Source: Trypanosoma brucei (lineage: Eukaryota). Taken from it: a stretch of 64,000 nt of DNA. The stretch lies in NCBI GenBank assembly GCA_000002445.1, contig CH464491.1, positions 2,912,001 to 2,976,000 on the forward strand. Direction: 5' to 3'. Below the pieces are notes generated by a model. That model saw nothing but the letters and a program-made list of their open reading frames with translations, was not told where the DNA came from and did not search any database. Shown in pieces: positions 53,687 to 64,000 of this stretch. Within the stretch, counting starts at the first letter, position 1. Each line of letters opens with the position of its first letter. The translations under genes were made by a program, and so were the position numbers.

Positions 53687-54256
53687 ATGGTGTGGAAAGG
53701 ATCACGTGAACGAGGTGTTCAGGAGTACCGAAAGAAGAGCAAGGGGAATAAGCCCACCAAGGGTGAAAAGGTGTCGAAGAAGGGAGTTTCCTCCTCACGG
53801 CAGCCGAAACAGCGGGAGTTGTTATCAGCGAAACAACAGCAGCAGCAAAACAGGAAGAACGAGGAACTACGTGCGGCACTCGCTGGTGCCTTTTCCACCG
53901 AGGTATCCAGCAGCAACGCGGGCCCAGCGTTCGATGGATATGGAAAGGGTAGTCCTACTGACCGACTGCAGTTCGGTTACGCACCTGCTGTAGCTGCGGA
54001 AGCTGTTGCATATCACAGCACTATCTCTACTGATGCGTGGATTGAGGCGCGAAGGACGCGCTACCGCACGGCAATTGTGGAGCAGAAGAAGCTACGGAGG
54101 CCGAATTGTGAACCCATAACCTCTATACTGAAACTTCAGGGGCACTGGCGGAGCACTGAACTCTTTGAGAGAGAGGTTCACGGGAGCCACGCAGTCGCGC
54201 AGGACAAGGTGGACGATATTCTTGACACATTTGTTTCACGCCAACGTGTCGCTTAG
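53687..54256 (+). CDS. Hypothetical protein
   Basis: 189-aa ORF with an ATG start. Lys-rich N-terminus and a poly-Q stretch ('KQQQQQNRKNEE'). Confidence 0.35.
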   Translation: MVWKGSRERGVQEYRKKSKGNKPTKGEKVSKKGVSSSRQPKQRELLSAKQQQQQNRKNEELRAALAGAFSTEVSSSNAGPAFDGYGKGSPTDRLQFGYAPAVAAEAVAYHSTISTDAWIEARRTRYRTAIVEQKKLRRPNCEPITSILKLQGHWRSTELFEREVHGSHAVAQDKVDDILDTFVSRQRVA

Positions 54257-54574
54257 TTTGGGTTCCTGTTTATCACCTGGATGTTCACACAGGATCAGTT
54301 AGGTGACGTATCCTTCCTCCCAATACAGGCTAAGAAAAGAAGTCTGAAGTCCGGTGAAACTGACGGTGGAAATTTCTTATTAACGCTTATTCGCGTGACT
54401 TTTGTATGCCGGTTGTGTTGAGGGACGTTGAGCCCTCCGTCGTCATTCACTCATTGATTCTACCCCAGACTGAATGTTTTCTTTCATGTTTTCACCGTTG
54501 TTTGTTGTCCGAAGTTGAGTCCAGGGAGGGGGAACACGCGGTGGTAGCGAGTCCATTAGCGAAGGCGGCAAGTT

Positions 54575-56071
54575 ATGAACTCTGAAGAATGCACGAAGCG
54601 TCGAATTGGCATGAATTTTCCCCCGGTGAAGGATCGCGACGACGTTCTCAAAGCACAGAAGGGGGCTGTCACGCAGGAGCAAATTCGTGACGGCATGCAG
54701 GATGACACCCCTCCTGTGGTCCGCAGTGTTTTGGAATTGGCGCATCTGATGATGAGTGGGCACAGTCAGAAGCTGCGTGCGGCGCCAGGGTACCAAGGAG
54801 GTCTATTTTATTCCGGAAGCCCTTTCTGTTTCGCCAGTGGTTACCGCGACGGAACTCGGCCGCGCGACATGGATGAAAAAGGTAATCACATGAAACTGAA
54901 GGATCCCCTCACGTATGGTGTTCTTTCACTGCCTATTACGGCGGCGTACCTCTGCGAGTTACACGGCACCGGTGTGTTTGACTTGCACCAGCCCCTACGA
55001 CACTATTTGCCTGAGCTTGAACACAAACTCGACGCTGAAGTAACGGCGAGGAGCATTCTCTCCTTTAGAACTGTTCTTAATGAGCAGCAAATAATGAAAG
55101 ACGCGGGAGTTGACAGGGTGCGGCCCCACGTTACACGGAACATCTGCGCTGCAACGCAGCGCTATGTGTACATGCCAATAAACTGCTTTTTTGCAGGGGG
55201 GTCATCTGCGGCGCTCAGCGGGCAGGAGCAACGTGAAAATTTTGTACAGTACTTGCGCTCGTCACCTGCCTGCACGTTTAAGAAGGTCACTACTCATCGA
55301 GCTTACCGTTGTGGCGTGTCCCATTTCTCTGTAGCCCTACTCGTGGCAGCCGTTGAGCGGCAACTGGGCGGGATCAGCTTTGAAGCCTCAATCCGGAAAG
55401 TAGTTTTCGAACCGGCTCAGAGCCACGGTGCGGGGTACGGGCCACCCAAGCTTTGGCGTGACCCCAATGAAATATTCTACCAGCCGAGTGGTCTTGCACT
55501 GCAGCATCAGGGCTTTGTCAAACCGCTCGCTGCGGGTTCACTCGACAACTGTGGGCCGCCACTTTTGAACTCATCACTGAACCTTCACGCCCCCGTAGAG
55601 GATTACGGTAAATTACTCCTCCTATCTCTTGATGCTATTAGGCACGCGCGAAAGGAATTGGGTGAATTCGACTCTAACTCGGGGGCTATACCTTCGTACC
55701 CACATTACGACTTTGGCGTTGAGTGGTTGGACACTGGACGCAGACTTCAACTCACCCGACGAGTTTTGGGTATTGATTATATACCAACTGCATCGTCGTT
55801 CCGCTACAACTGCGAACACGACTTGGGTTGTTTTGGTATATGTAACTGTGGCACACGCGATGCATGTCTTCTTGGAAACACCATCTCGCGCGTCATCCAG
55901 CATCTTTTTGTAAAACACATCATTGAAAAGGGTGTCAACCCGATGAAGGGACCAAACCTCGACAACCCCAACGAAGGGGAAAGTGAAACGGAGCTGAAGT
56001 TCCGGAAGGTAGTAGACGAGCAGAAGTACACAAGTGTCTTCAAGAAACACGATGCGCATACACGATTTTAA
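54575..56071 (+). CDS. Hypothetical protein (498 aa)
   Basis: Long ATG-initiated ORF on the same strand. No confident domain; it loosely resembles a serine-hydrolase or beta-lactamase-like fold around 'LTYGVLSLPITAAYL', but the motifs are incomplete. Confidence 0.5.
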   Translation: MNSEECTKRRIGMNFPPVKDRDDVLKAQKGAVTQEQIRDGMQDDTPPVVRSVLELAHLMMSGHSQKLRAAPGYQGGLFYSGSPFCFASGYRDGTRPRDMDEKGNHMKLKDPLTYGVLSLPITAAYLCELHGTGVFDLHQPLRHYLPELEHKLDAEVTARSILSFRTVLNEQQIMKDAGVDRVRPHVTRNICAATQRYVYMPINCFFAGGSSAALSGQEQRENFVQYLRSSPACTFKKVTTHRAYRCGVSHFSVALLVAAVERQLGGISFEASIRKVVFEPAQSHGAGYGPPKLWRDPNEIFYQPSGLALQHQGFVKPLAAGSLDNCGPPLLNSSLNLHAPVEDYGKLLLLSLDAIRHARKELGEFDSNSGAIPSYPHYDFGVEWLDTGRRLQLTRRVLGIDYIPTASSFRYNCEHDLGCFGICNCGTRDACLLGNTISRVIQHLFVKHIIEKGVNPMKGPNLDNPNEGESETELKFRKVVDEQKYTSVFKKHDAHTRF

Positions 56072-56872
56072 TATTGTTACCCTGATCAGTTATAGGGAGC
56101 AGCGACGAAAGCAGGGGTAACGAGCTCAATTTCATTTTCGTGAGGCCTCTTTCCTCGTATGCCCAAATGAGCAGACACTGAAGAATGGTGTCTATTCCTT
56201 AGTTATAGCGTATCTGGGGGCTATAGTTTACTTTTACTGCGGCTGTGGTGGAACTGACAGCAGCCACGCTTATCCACACTATGCCCTTTTTTTTTCAGCG
56301 TGTAAGATGGAAAGAGATGCAACGGTAACGGATATCTCCACTGCCCTTTATCGTTTCAACATTACGTTTTGTATCCTTTTCTTTGTGTCAACTCCCCCTC
56401 TTTTCTTCCCATCGTTTGTAGCCGCCTTCCCTTTCATCTGAAGCTCTTATTTGAATGTCTGCGCGGAGACGCTGTGTATGACACCGCTCATCTGCAAAGT
56501 GGCGCGTTGCCCCTGAGGTTGTGGTGAGGTGTGCGGAGGTTTCGGGGTACTTGTGTAAGTCTGTATGCAGGTGTTGATACTGTAATCGCAAGGAGCCTGT
56601 GCGGAGCCGGTGGTGGCGGTGTTGAACGCATCAGTGGATGTGTTTCGCTTCTTTAACAGCCATCACAAGAATGGCTCATTGTCCTCTTTGTTACGACGGA
56701 ATGGTTAACCTGGCTGTCACCCCGTAATAATGGAGGTGGGATGTTGTTAACCTTTTGTTTTCACGGTGTCAAATGCTTCACCGTGCTATCGTTCTCAACT
56801 GGTCGTATCTCCTACGAAATTCTTCGCCAAACCACTGTGGTTGTGGCAATCTTCCTTGCACCTCGCGGCGCA

Positions 56873-56899
56873 TGTGTGTGAGTGTGTGTGTGTGTGTGT
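56873..56899. repeat. (GT/TG)n microsatellite
   Basis: 'tgtgtgtgagtgtgtgtgtgtgtgtgt' in an intergenic region. Similar shorter TG runs occur at ~11196-11215 and ~43546-43561. Confidence 0.8.
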
Positions 56900-57552
56900 T
56901 AGCACTCCACTGAGATGGCATTCGTGCCTGACTATCCGTCTGTTTGCACTGCCACTCGCGTGATTGTCAGCACAGCTTCGGGTTATCATGTGTTTTCTCG
57001 GTAGTGTGCAGTGTCCGAACTGGAGGCTGAAGAAAAAGATCAGCAAGGAACCAACTCTGTTCGGTGGGCGTCTAGTACTTTTTTCTCCTGTCTTAGTATT
57101 TGTTTCCGTTGTCATCACGTATGCTTGCACGTTTTAACCCCACCTTTTTGGTCGTCGTCGCCGTATGTCTGCAGGAAGTATCATTCTACAGCTTGCGGTA
57201 CGAAGAAACAGTTGGGGACACTGACCACTGGTTTAACGTGTAAGCTGGCCCTTTCTCTTTCATCAGTTGTGTTTCGTCAAAAACATTTATTACCCCCACT
57301 TCTTCACGCAACCGTCTTCGTTGCTGTATCTGCTAATATCGTTATTATTATTTTGCGTGAGGGAGTGGGACGTTTCGCTGCCCGTTCCCCCTTTTCCCTT
57401 TCCTACCACACGGAGCGAATGGTCTGTGGAGCGTGTGCACAGAACAATAATTTTAGCGGCGGTCACTTTTCACATAGAAAAATAGGCAACGGAAGAACAA
57501 AGTAAGGCGAAGCGACGGGAGAACGACGAAAAAAAACAAGAGGATAATAGAC

Positions 57553-58353
57553 ATGACGAGGAAAGTGGCCGGTGATATGTGGGACTCACGAGTAGAGGCA
57601 TCACTCCCTGCACTGAACTACCTCCGTACGGCACAACAATTGCAAAAGAAGGCGGACGAGTTAAGTCGCGCACAAGAGAGAGTACATAGGTTGCAAGAGG
57701 ACAACTCAGCACTACTGCTAGAGAATGAACTGCTTAAAAGAGAGCGTGACGCACTCCTTTGCAAAGTACAATTCTTAGAGTTAAACGAACACGGGCACTG
57801 CACAACAAATGATATAGTTGGACCCTGGGGAAATGTGAGATCCGTGCCCGCCGGCGGTCTTGGGAGCACCACAGGCGGTGATCTTTCGCCGGTGTTCAAA
57901 GATAATGTTAATAAAGCAAGTGAAACTCGTGTGAACATAAGTGAACAAGCCAGGACGCACACGAATAGCGAGCAGCAAGACCTTCATAATCCAAAGGAAG
58001 AAACAATATTGTGCCCTCTCTCAGCATCGTCAGAAACGTTAATTAACACCAACCGGCCAGATGCAAACATAGAAACATTCCATCGTAGCACAGAGTCTCA
58101 TGTGGAGTACTGCGCGAATGGTGAGTGTCGGTCACCTATCAGCATGACGAGAACCACACAGACCGTCGCTTACGAGCGTCGTGTTCCCTCTGTTGAGCGC
58201 GGCACCATGACAACAATGAACATTTACATTTGCTCGTACCAATCTTTGCCATCGAAAGCCGGTGCTTTTTTCGAGGTACCACTAAGCAACGTAGAAACGG
58301 CGATTCACCACGACCCCGAAAGTCTCACTAGCATCACAATCCCTCGCAGTTGA
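57553..58353 (+). CDS. Hypothetical protein with an N-terminal coiled coil
   Basis: 266-aa ORF with an ATG start. 'LQKKADELSRAQERVHRLQEDNSALLLENELLKRERDALLCKVQFLE' is a leucine-zipper-like coiled coil. Confidence 0.4.
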   Translation: MTRKVAGDMWDSRVEASLPALNYLRTAQQLQKKADELSRAQERVHRLQEDNSALLLENELLKRERDALLCKVQFLELNEHGHCTTNDIVGPWGNVRSVPAGGLGSTTGGDLSPVFKDNVNKASETRVNISEQARTHTNSEQQDLHNPKEETILCPLSASSETLINTNRPDANIETFHRSTESHVEYCANGECRSPISMTRTTQTVAYERRVPSVERGTMTTMNIYICSYQSLPSKAGAFFEVPLSNVETAIHHDPESLTSITIPRS

Positions 58354-59036
58354 TGAGAATGAGATGAAGAAAGACAAGACGCAAAAACCGTCTCCATATA
58401 ATAAACATAACAGTACCTTCTAGAACATGTGAAGAGAGGGACACGCTACTTCAAGGGGTGCTGCGTTATTGTTTAGCAGACCCAATACCATGACGATAGG
58501 ACATCACGATAACCTTGAAACAAAACTTAACCGACGACCTGTATAACAGCACACAATTAAAATGCAAAAAATAATCGGGACGACTGTCACTGCTGTACAG
58601 TGCGAAACATCACTTAAACAACACCTTTTGCAACCCATAAAGTAGGAACAGAGCAGTAAATGCGAAAGTACCATTAAAACATTACAAAAAACACTTTGGC
58701 AAGCAGATACTCGTTTACCTCGCAGGTTTAACGGGGAAATTTCAAAAGAAAAAAATTCCAGCGGTAAAAAAGGAAAAATAAATAAACACTGAAATCATAA
58801 TAAACCAAAAAAACTGAAAAAATAAAATTATCTCAACGAACAAAAAAGGATTAATTAATAAACACAAATTTTCCTTCGAATTGCAATACCTCCCCAGAAA
58901 GGATTGCGTACTCCCATACTTGCACTCCTGCTCTTCCTTCCTATTTGCATTTGCCCACGTGCCCCACGCGTGCATCACATAAGCATCAAGGAACAAGCAA
59001 CAGCTATAAAACAAGGAATATCTGCCTCTTTGAAGG

Positions 59037-61022
59037 ATGACATACGAAGGCGCCATTGGTATCGACCTCGGTACGACGTACTCGTGCGTTGGTGTGTGGC
59101 AGAACGAACGTGTGGAAATCATTGCAAATGACCAGGGTAACCGTACGACGCCGTCCTACGTTGCCTTCACGGACTCTGAGCGCCTGATCGGCGATGCGGC
59201 GAAGAACCAGGTGGCGATGAACCCTACGAACACGGTGTTCGACGCGAAACGGCTGATCGGACGGAAGTTCTCCGACTCTGTCGTGCAGTCCGACATGAAG
59301 CACTGGCCCTTCAAGGTCGTCACCAAGGGCGACGACAAGCCAGTGATCCAGGTACAGTTCCGCGGTGAGACGAAAACCTTCAATCCTGAGGAGATCAGTT
59401 CCATGGTACTATTGAAGATGAAGGAGGTTGCGGAGTCGTATCTTGGGAAGCAGGTGGCTAAGGCTGTCGTAACAGTGCCTGCATACTTCAACGACTCGCA
59501 GCGCCAGGCAACGAAGGACGCGGGGACGATTGCTGGTCTGGAGGTGCTGCGCATCATCAACGAGCCAACGGCTGCTGCAATTGCCTATGGCCTGGACAAG
59601 GCTGATGAGGGGAAGGAACGCAACGTGCTCATCTTCGATCTTGGTGGTGGCACCTTCGATGTGACATTGCTGACGATTGACGGCGGCATCTTCGAGGTGA
59701 AAGCCACAAATGGTGACACCCACCTTGGTGGAGAAGACTTCGACAATCGCCTTGTGGCTCACTTTACCGAGGAATTCAAGCGCAAGAACAAGGGCAAGGA
59801 TCTCTCATCGAACTTGCGCGCCCTTCGCCGCCTTCGTACGGCTTGTGAGCGCGCCAAGCGCACACTTTCTTCCGCTGCGCAGGCAACCATCGAGATCGAT
59901 GCACTCTTCGAAAACATTGACTTCCAGGCGACCATTACCCGTGCTCGTTTCGAGGAACTGTGCGGTGACCTGTTCCGTGGTACATTGCAACCCGTAGAGC
60001 GTGTGCTGCAGGATGCCAAGATGGACAAACGCGCCGTGCACGATGTGGTCCTGGTTGGTGGTTCCACCCGTATCCCCAAGGTGATGCAGCTTGTGTCTGA
60101 CTTTTTCGGTGGCAAGGAGCTTAACAAGAGCATCAACCCCGACGAGGCAGTGGCCTACGGCGCTGCTGTACAAGCTTTCATCTTGACCGGTGGTAAGAGC
60201 AAGCAAACGGAAGGTCTCCTCCTTCTGGATGTCGCCCCGCTTACGCTCGGCATCGAGACGGCAGGTGGCGTGATGACGGCACTGATCAAGCGCAACACGA
60301 CGATCCCCACCAAAAAGAGCCAAATCTTCTCCACATACTCAGACAATCAGCCCGGTGTGCACATTCAGGTCTTTGAGGGTGAGCGTACCATGACGAAGGA
60401 CTGCCATCTCTTGGGCACCTTCGATCTCTCTGGAATCCCCCCGGCACCCCGCGGCGTGCCACAGATAGAAGTGACCTTCGACCTAGACGCTAATGGTATT
60501 CTTAGCGTTTCTGCGGAGGAGAAGGGCACTGGCAAGCGCAACCAGATTGTCATCACAAACGACAAGGGTCGCCTGAGCAAGGCTGATATCGAACGCATGG
60601 TGTCTGATGCTGCGAAGTATGAGGCTGAGGATAAGGCGCAGCGTGAGCGCATTGATGCTAAGAACGGTCTTGAGAACTACGCCTTCTCGATGAAGAACAC
60701 TATCAATGACCCCAACGTTGCTGGCAAGCTTGACGACGCCGACAAGAACGCTGTCACCACTGCCGTGGAGGAGGCACTGCGATGGCTGAACGACAACCAG
60801 GAGGCCAGTTTGGATGAATACAACCACCGCCAGAAGGAGCTCGAAGGCGTGTGTGCTCCCATCTTATCAAAGATGTACCAGGGCATGGGCGGTGGCGACG
60901 CGGCTGGCGGTATGCCCGGAGGTATGCCCGGGGTATGCCCGGTGGTATGCCCGGAGGAATGGGTGGTGGGATGGGAGGCGCTGCGGCATCGTCCGGGCCT
61001 AAAGTCGAGGAGGTTGACTAAG
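59037..61022 (+). CDS. HSP70: Cytosolic HSP70 (canonical). As given, the reading frame is interrupted by a 1-nt deletion in the C-terminal GGMP repeat (~60931); the intact frame ends in EEVD at 61022
   Basis: Full HSP70 signature set: '[12 protein letters not shown]', '[12 protein letters not shown]', '[14 protein letters not shown]', the SBD and GGMP repeats. The '...PKVEEVD*' ending is in the +1 frame relative to the upstream ORF. The uncorrected ORF runs to 61109 with a nonsense tail. Confidence 0.85.
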
Positions 61023-61300
61023 TTCCCAGGTGTATTTCGGACCGGTGCTGCAGTCGTCTCATTGTCTACGGTGATGGTCCGCCGCCACATTTTCTCTTCG
61101 TCTCTGTAGCATTTAGGAACCCTCGTTACGGGAAAGATGCGTGACACATTGATGCTACTACTATTATTAATACTCTACTACTATTATTATTATTTTTATT
61201 TTAGTTCCCCACCACCGTCATTATTATTACCATTATTATTATCAATATTACCATTATTGTTTTTAATGTAATCATATATGTATATATTCTTTAGTTGTTT

Positions 61301-61327
61301 TATTTTTTTATTCTTTATTTTTTTTAG
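61301..61327 (+). promoter_or_regulatory. Polypyrimidine tract with an AG dinucleotide immediately upstream of the GCP-like gene
   Basis: 'ttagttgttttatttttttattctttattttttttag' ends 1 nt before ATG 61329. Confidence 0.35.
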
Positions 61328-61328
61328 T

Positions 61329-63677
61329 ATGTCTGACGGGGTGCAGTATTCAAAAGACGTTTTTCCTGCTCCTAAGTGGCACAGGGCGGAGGGTGATAGC
61401 GCTGCTAATAGGGAATGTGTGCAGCGTGTTGTTCCTTTTAAAGCTGTTTCTGCGGGGGAGAACGTTGATTCACTGACATGTGTTGGTGGTAGGCTTCCCT
61501 CTGTGGATTCTCTTTCCTCTCCTTTGGAGGGTGGGGAAATTGTGGGTAATGTTGATGATAAGTTAAAGCACTCTCATGTTTCTGTCGTTGATGATCGTCA
61601 ACCAGTGAGTTCTGTGACCGGAAGGAGAGGGAATAGTTTCGAACTTCCTGGCAGATTAATTGGTCGCAGGGATGGTAGTGGTGGTGTCGTTGGCAGTGGG
61701 AGGTTTGAAATTACTCCGTTGAAGCCATCGTCAACGATATCTGGAATCACACCTCGTCATTTTGACGTGCTGCATCCTTTGGAAGATAGCGCTGACCGTG
61801 GTAAGCATGATTTTGTAGGTGGTGTGTTGAATGCGGCGAATGATGCCGGAGGTGCGAAGGCCATTGAGGAGTTGGAGTTTATATCGGATATGTTGTTTAT
61901 GTGGATGGGTGTTGATAAAACGAAATATTTTGCGTATGATAACGCATGTTGTCGTTATGAAATGAACTCTGGATATGGTACCGTTCGTCAGAGGCAGGCT
62001 TTTTCTGCTTTTCAAGAGTGTGGTTGTCTGGCACATCAAATAGATGACGCTTTGAGGGGCGGTACGTCGGAAAGGTCGTTCTTGCAGCAAAGCCTTCGTG
62101 GAGCTGTTCGTCGGCACCTCTCACAGTACCACACTCTTGTAGCGTCTTTTCGCGGGCGGCAGACGCCGCCAATGGCATTTGGTGATTTGGTGGTTGCGTT
62201 CAAAAGAGTACAACCGAAACTTCGGGTTTTGCACACAATGCTGAAGGAAACAGAAAACGTGAAGGGTGGCGAACTGGCGTCTAAACTTCAACGTCTGGTA
62301 CAGCAGGGGTCAAGAAGACTATGCGCACTGCTGTCTGATGTGTATATGGAGGCTGTGAGTCCTCTCCTTCATATGACGGTGTCAAGCATTATAAAAGGTG
62401 ATGTCTCAGATCCATTTAACGAGTTCTTTGTGAAGTCCGATCCCAGAGTTGAAGATACGTCAGACACGTTTTGGTCTTCTAAGTTTTCCCTTCTGCCAGA
62501 TATGTTACCAACGACGGTGTCGTATTCGCTGGCGGAGCGGATCAGGCTTGTGGCTAAGAACGTCAGTTTCATTCGAAACTGTTGCAGGTGCAAGCAATGG
62601 CACATGGACCCCTCCATTGTTGCAGCCGCTCAAAGTGCAACATTTGATACGCTGGACAGTGTGGTTCGTGATGCCATGAGGTTCACCAATACTGCAGTGC
62701 TCCGACTGATTAGGGAGGAGTTCCACCTTGACAATGTTCTGCGTATGGTAAATGCCTTTCTTCTAGTCGGAAACGGAGACTTTTACGAGGTCCTTATACA
62801 CAAATTGGATCCCGTGCTTGGTAGGATGAGTCACATGGTGCAAACTTCACTGGTGCGCGACCACATGCAAAGCGCCTTGCTTGACATAACTCCGCACACG
62901 AAAAATTTGGATACGGATCTTTTCACGATGCTCCACTGCGAGATAGTTAAGGACGATAAAATCATTGGTTGGGATGCATTTGTTGTCACAATGTCGGTGC
63001 CCTCGCCACTCAACAATATCTTCGATGCCAGTGCCATGAAGGTTTACCGGCGCCTGTTTCGCATGATGTTCAAGGTGAAGCGGGCAGAAGTTGCTCTAAA
63101 AAACTCATGGAGGCAGAGCGTTGTTTTAGATAGGATCATAGGAGGGCTGCACAACGCGAAGCGGGAGACAACTGCGTGGCGGGAAGTGGCTGCTGATGCG
63201 CACCTGCTTGGTCTGCAGCTAAACCACTTTGTGAACAACTTATGGTCTTACCTTGTCGCAGAGGTTTCAACCGTTTCATGGGATCTGCTTATGCGAGCTC
63301 TTCGCCAGTGCAACTCCATGGATGACATCCGCGCAGCGCACATATCCTATCTGCAGTACCTCACCCTTCACTCCCTTTTGCACGGAGACTGTACTTCCAT
63401 TCGGCAAAATATCGAAAGCGTTCTCAGCGTAGTCCGACAATTCGTTGGAGCCCAGGCAGTACTGACTTCACTGCTGGAGCGCGGTCACGGTGACGTGTTT
63501 TCCATTAAGAACGAATACCAGAGGCTGGCTGACGACTTCCAACGTGAGATTTCCTCTCTATTAACCACGCTGGAAGAGCAGCATTTGCAGTTCGACTTTC
63601 TTAACTTCCTTCTTCTGCGTCTCAACTTCAACCACTTCTATCACGATAATGCATTCGGCGACAACACAGAGTTTTGA
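61329..63677 (+). CDS. Gamma-tubulin complex component (Spc97/Spc98, GCP family), putative
   Basis: The track ORF starts at 61278 inside a U-rich tract; the likely start is ATG 61329 ('MSDGVQY'). GRIP-like segment 'LIREEFHLDNVLRMVNAFLLVGNGDFYEVL' and the C-terminal 'FLLLRLNFNHFY', which resembles the GCP-family LDFNxFY ending. Confidence 0.6.
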   Translation: MSDGVQYSKDVFPAPKWHRAEGDSAANRECVQRVVPFKAVSAGENVDSLTCVGGRLPSVDSLSSPLEGGEIVGNVDDKLKHSHVSVVDDRQPVSSVTGRRGNSFELPGRLIGRRDGSGGVVGSGRFEITPLKPSSTISGITPRHFDVLHPLEDSADRGKHDFVGGVLNAANDAGGAKAIEELEFISDMLFMWMGVDKTKYFAYDNACCRYEMNSGYGTVRQRQAFSAFQECGCLAHQIDDALRGGTSERSFLQQSLRGAVRRHLSQYHTLVASFRGRQTPPMAFGDLVVAFKRVQPKLRVLHTMLKETENVKGGELASKLQRLVQQGSRRLCALLSDVYMEAVSPLLHMTVSSIIKGDVSDPFNEFFVKSDPRVEDTSDTFWSSKFSLLPDMLPTTVSYSLAERIRLVAKNVSFIRNCCRCKQWHMDPSIVAAAQSATFDTLDSVVRDAMRFTNTAVLRLIREEFHLDNVLRMVNAFLLVGNGDFYEVLIHKLDPVLGRMSHMVQTSLVRDHMQSALLDITPHTKNLDTDLFTMLHCEIVKDDKIIGWDAFVVTMSVPSPLNNIFDASAMKVYRRLFRMMFKVKRAEVALKNSWRQSVVLDRIIGGLHNAKRETTAWREVAADAHLLGLQLNHFVNNLWSYLVAEVSTVSWDLLMRALRQCNSMDDIRAAHISYLQYLTLHSLLHGDCTSIRQNIESVLSVVRQFVGAQAVLTSLLERGHGDVFSIKNEYQRLADDFQREISSLLTTLEEQHLQFDFLNFLLLRLNFNHFYHDNAFGDNTEF

Positions 63678-64000
63678 GAGTGAGGAGTATGCATACCTTT
63701 ATGCATGCATGAAGTAGGCTGAGCTTTTTCATCTCTATTTCTACCCTTGACCTGGTTCTCCAGTTCCAGAGTGATAACAGTCGTAACGAGGCTGGTAGAG
63801 GTGGAACACGAACCGACGTATAGATGTTTACCCGTTCCCACATAACGGGGGCGTTCGGTTGCTCAAGTTTAACATATTTCCTTTTTGCTGTCGTTTTATT
63901 TCCTTTCTTGGTAAGGAACTTTCGAGAGTGTGATGTCGGGAAAAGAGGGATAGAAAGGAAGTTTTTCTTGGGTGACACGCGCATGCTGTGTACGCGTAAC

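Noticed and set aside
58354-59036. Possible retroposon (ingi, RIME or SLACS) or other mobile element upstream of HSP70
   Set aside because: The region is A-rich low complexity ('aaaaaaattccagcggtaaaaaaggaaaaataaataaac'). It has no reverse-transcriptase or endonuclease ORF and no terminal repeats. It is more likely a 3' UTR and intergenic A-tract.
1-64000. Prokaryotic-style accessory or defence system (operon, mobile island, toxin–antitoxin)
   Set aside because: The gene content is all eukaryotic: dynein heavy chain, eL14, GCP, COG8-like, FG-Nup, NEK kinase. The intronless same-strand arrangement comes from kinetoplastid polycistronic transcription and not from operons.

Overview
This window reads as a kinetoplastid nuclear segment (Trypanosoma, most likely T. 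brucei group; roughly 50% GC, intronless, dense ORFs). Every credible gene lies on the + strand, consistent with the interior of a single RNA polymerase II polycistronic transcription unit. It is not a prokaryotic locus, and no CRISPR array, defence island, tRNA, rRNA or transposable element was seen.

Recognisable genes, 5' to 3':
- Two adjacent genes built from long, nearly perfect tandem repeats that encode FG-type peptides. The first has ~16 copies of a 60-nt repeat. The second has ~96 copies of a 36-nt repeat encoding 'PAFGQGxxADKP'-type units. They are nucleoporin-like and possibly correspond to the TbNup149 locus.
- Glucosamine-6-phosphate N-acetyltransferase (GNA1) and a NEK-like protein kinase.
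- An FHA/coiled-coil protein and a WD40 protein.
- An SPX–SLC13 (Pho91-like) phosphate transporter.
- A COG8/Dor1-like protein.
- A 4,243-aa dynein heavy chain with four P-loops.
- Ribosomal protein eL14 and cytosolic malate dehydrogenase.
- An F-box/LRR-like protein, a RING finger protein and a large IQ-motif protein.
- Two HSP70 paralogues about 7.8 kb apart: an atypical acidic-tailed HSP70.c-like copy and a canonical cytosolic HSP70.
- A gamma-tubulin complex (Spc97/98, GCP) family protein.

Observations worth a second look:
- The extreme, internally homogenised FG-repeat arrays.
- Mosaic 100%-identity blocks shared by the two otherwise diverged HSP70 paralogues, a gene-conversion signature. 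A conserved ~34-nt segment upstream of both ATGs extends this.
- An apparent 1-nt frameshift inside the GGMP repeat of the canonical HSP70 that removes its C-terminal EEVD motif.
- Lineage-specific Gly-rich insertions in the dynein heavy chain.

The ORF track uses GTG/TTG as 'M'. Several track starts were therefore moved to the first in-frame ATG downstream of the polypyrimidine tract.
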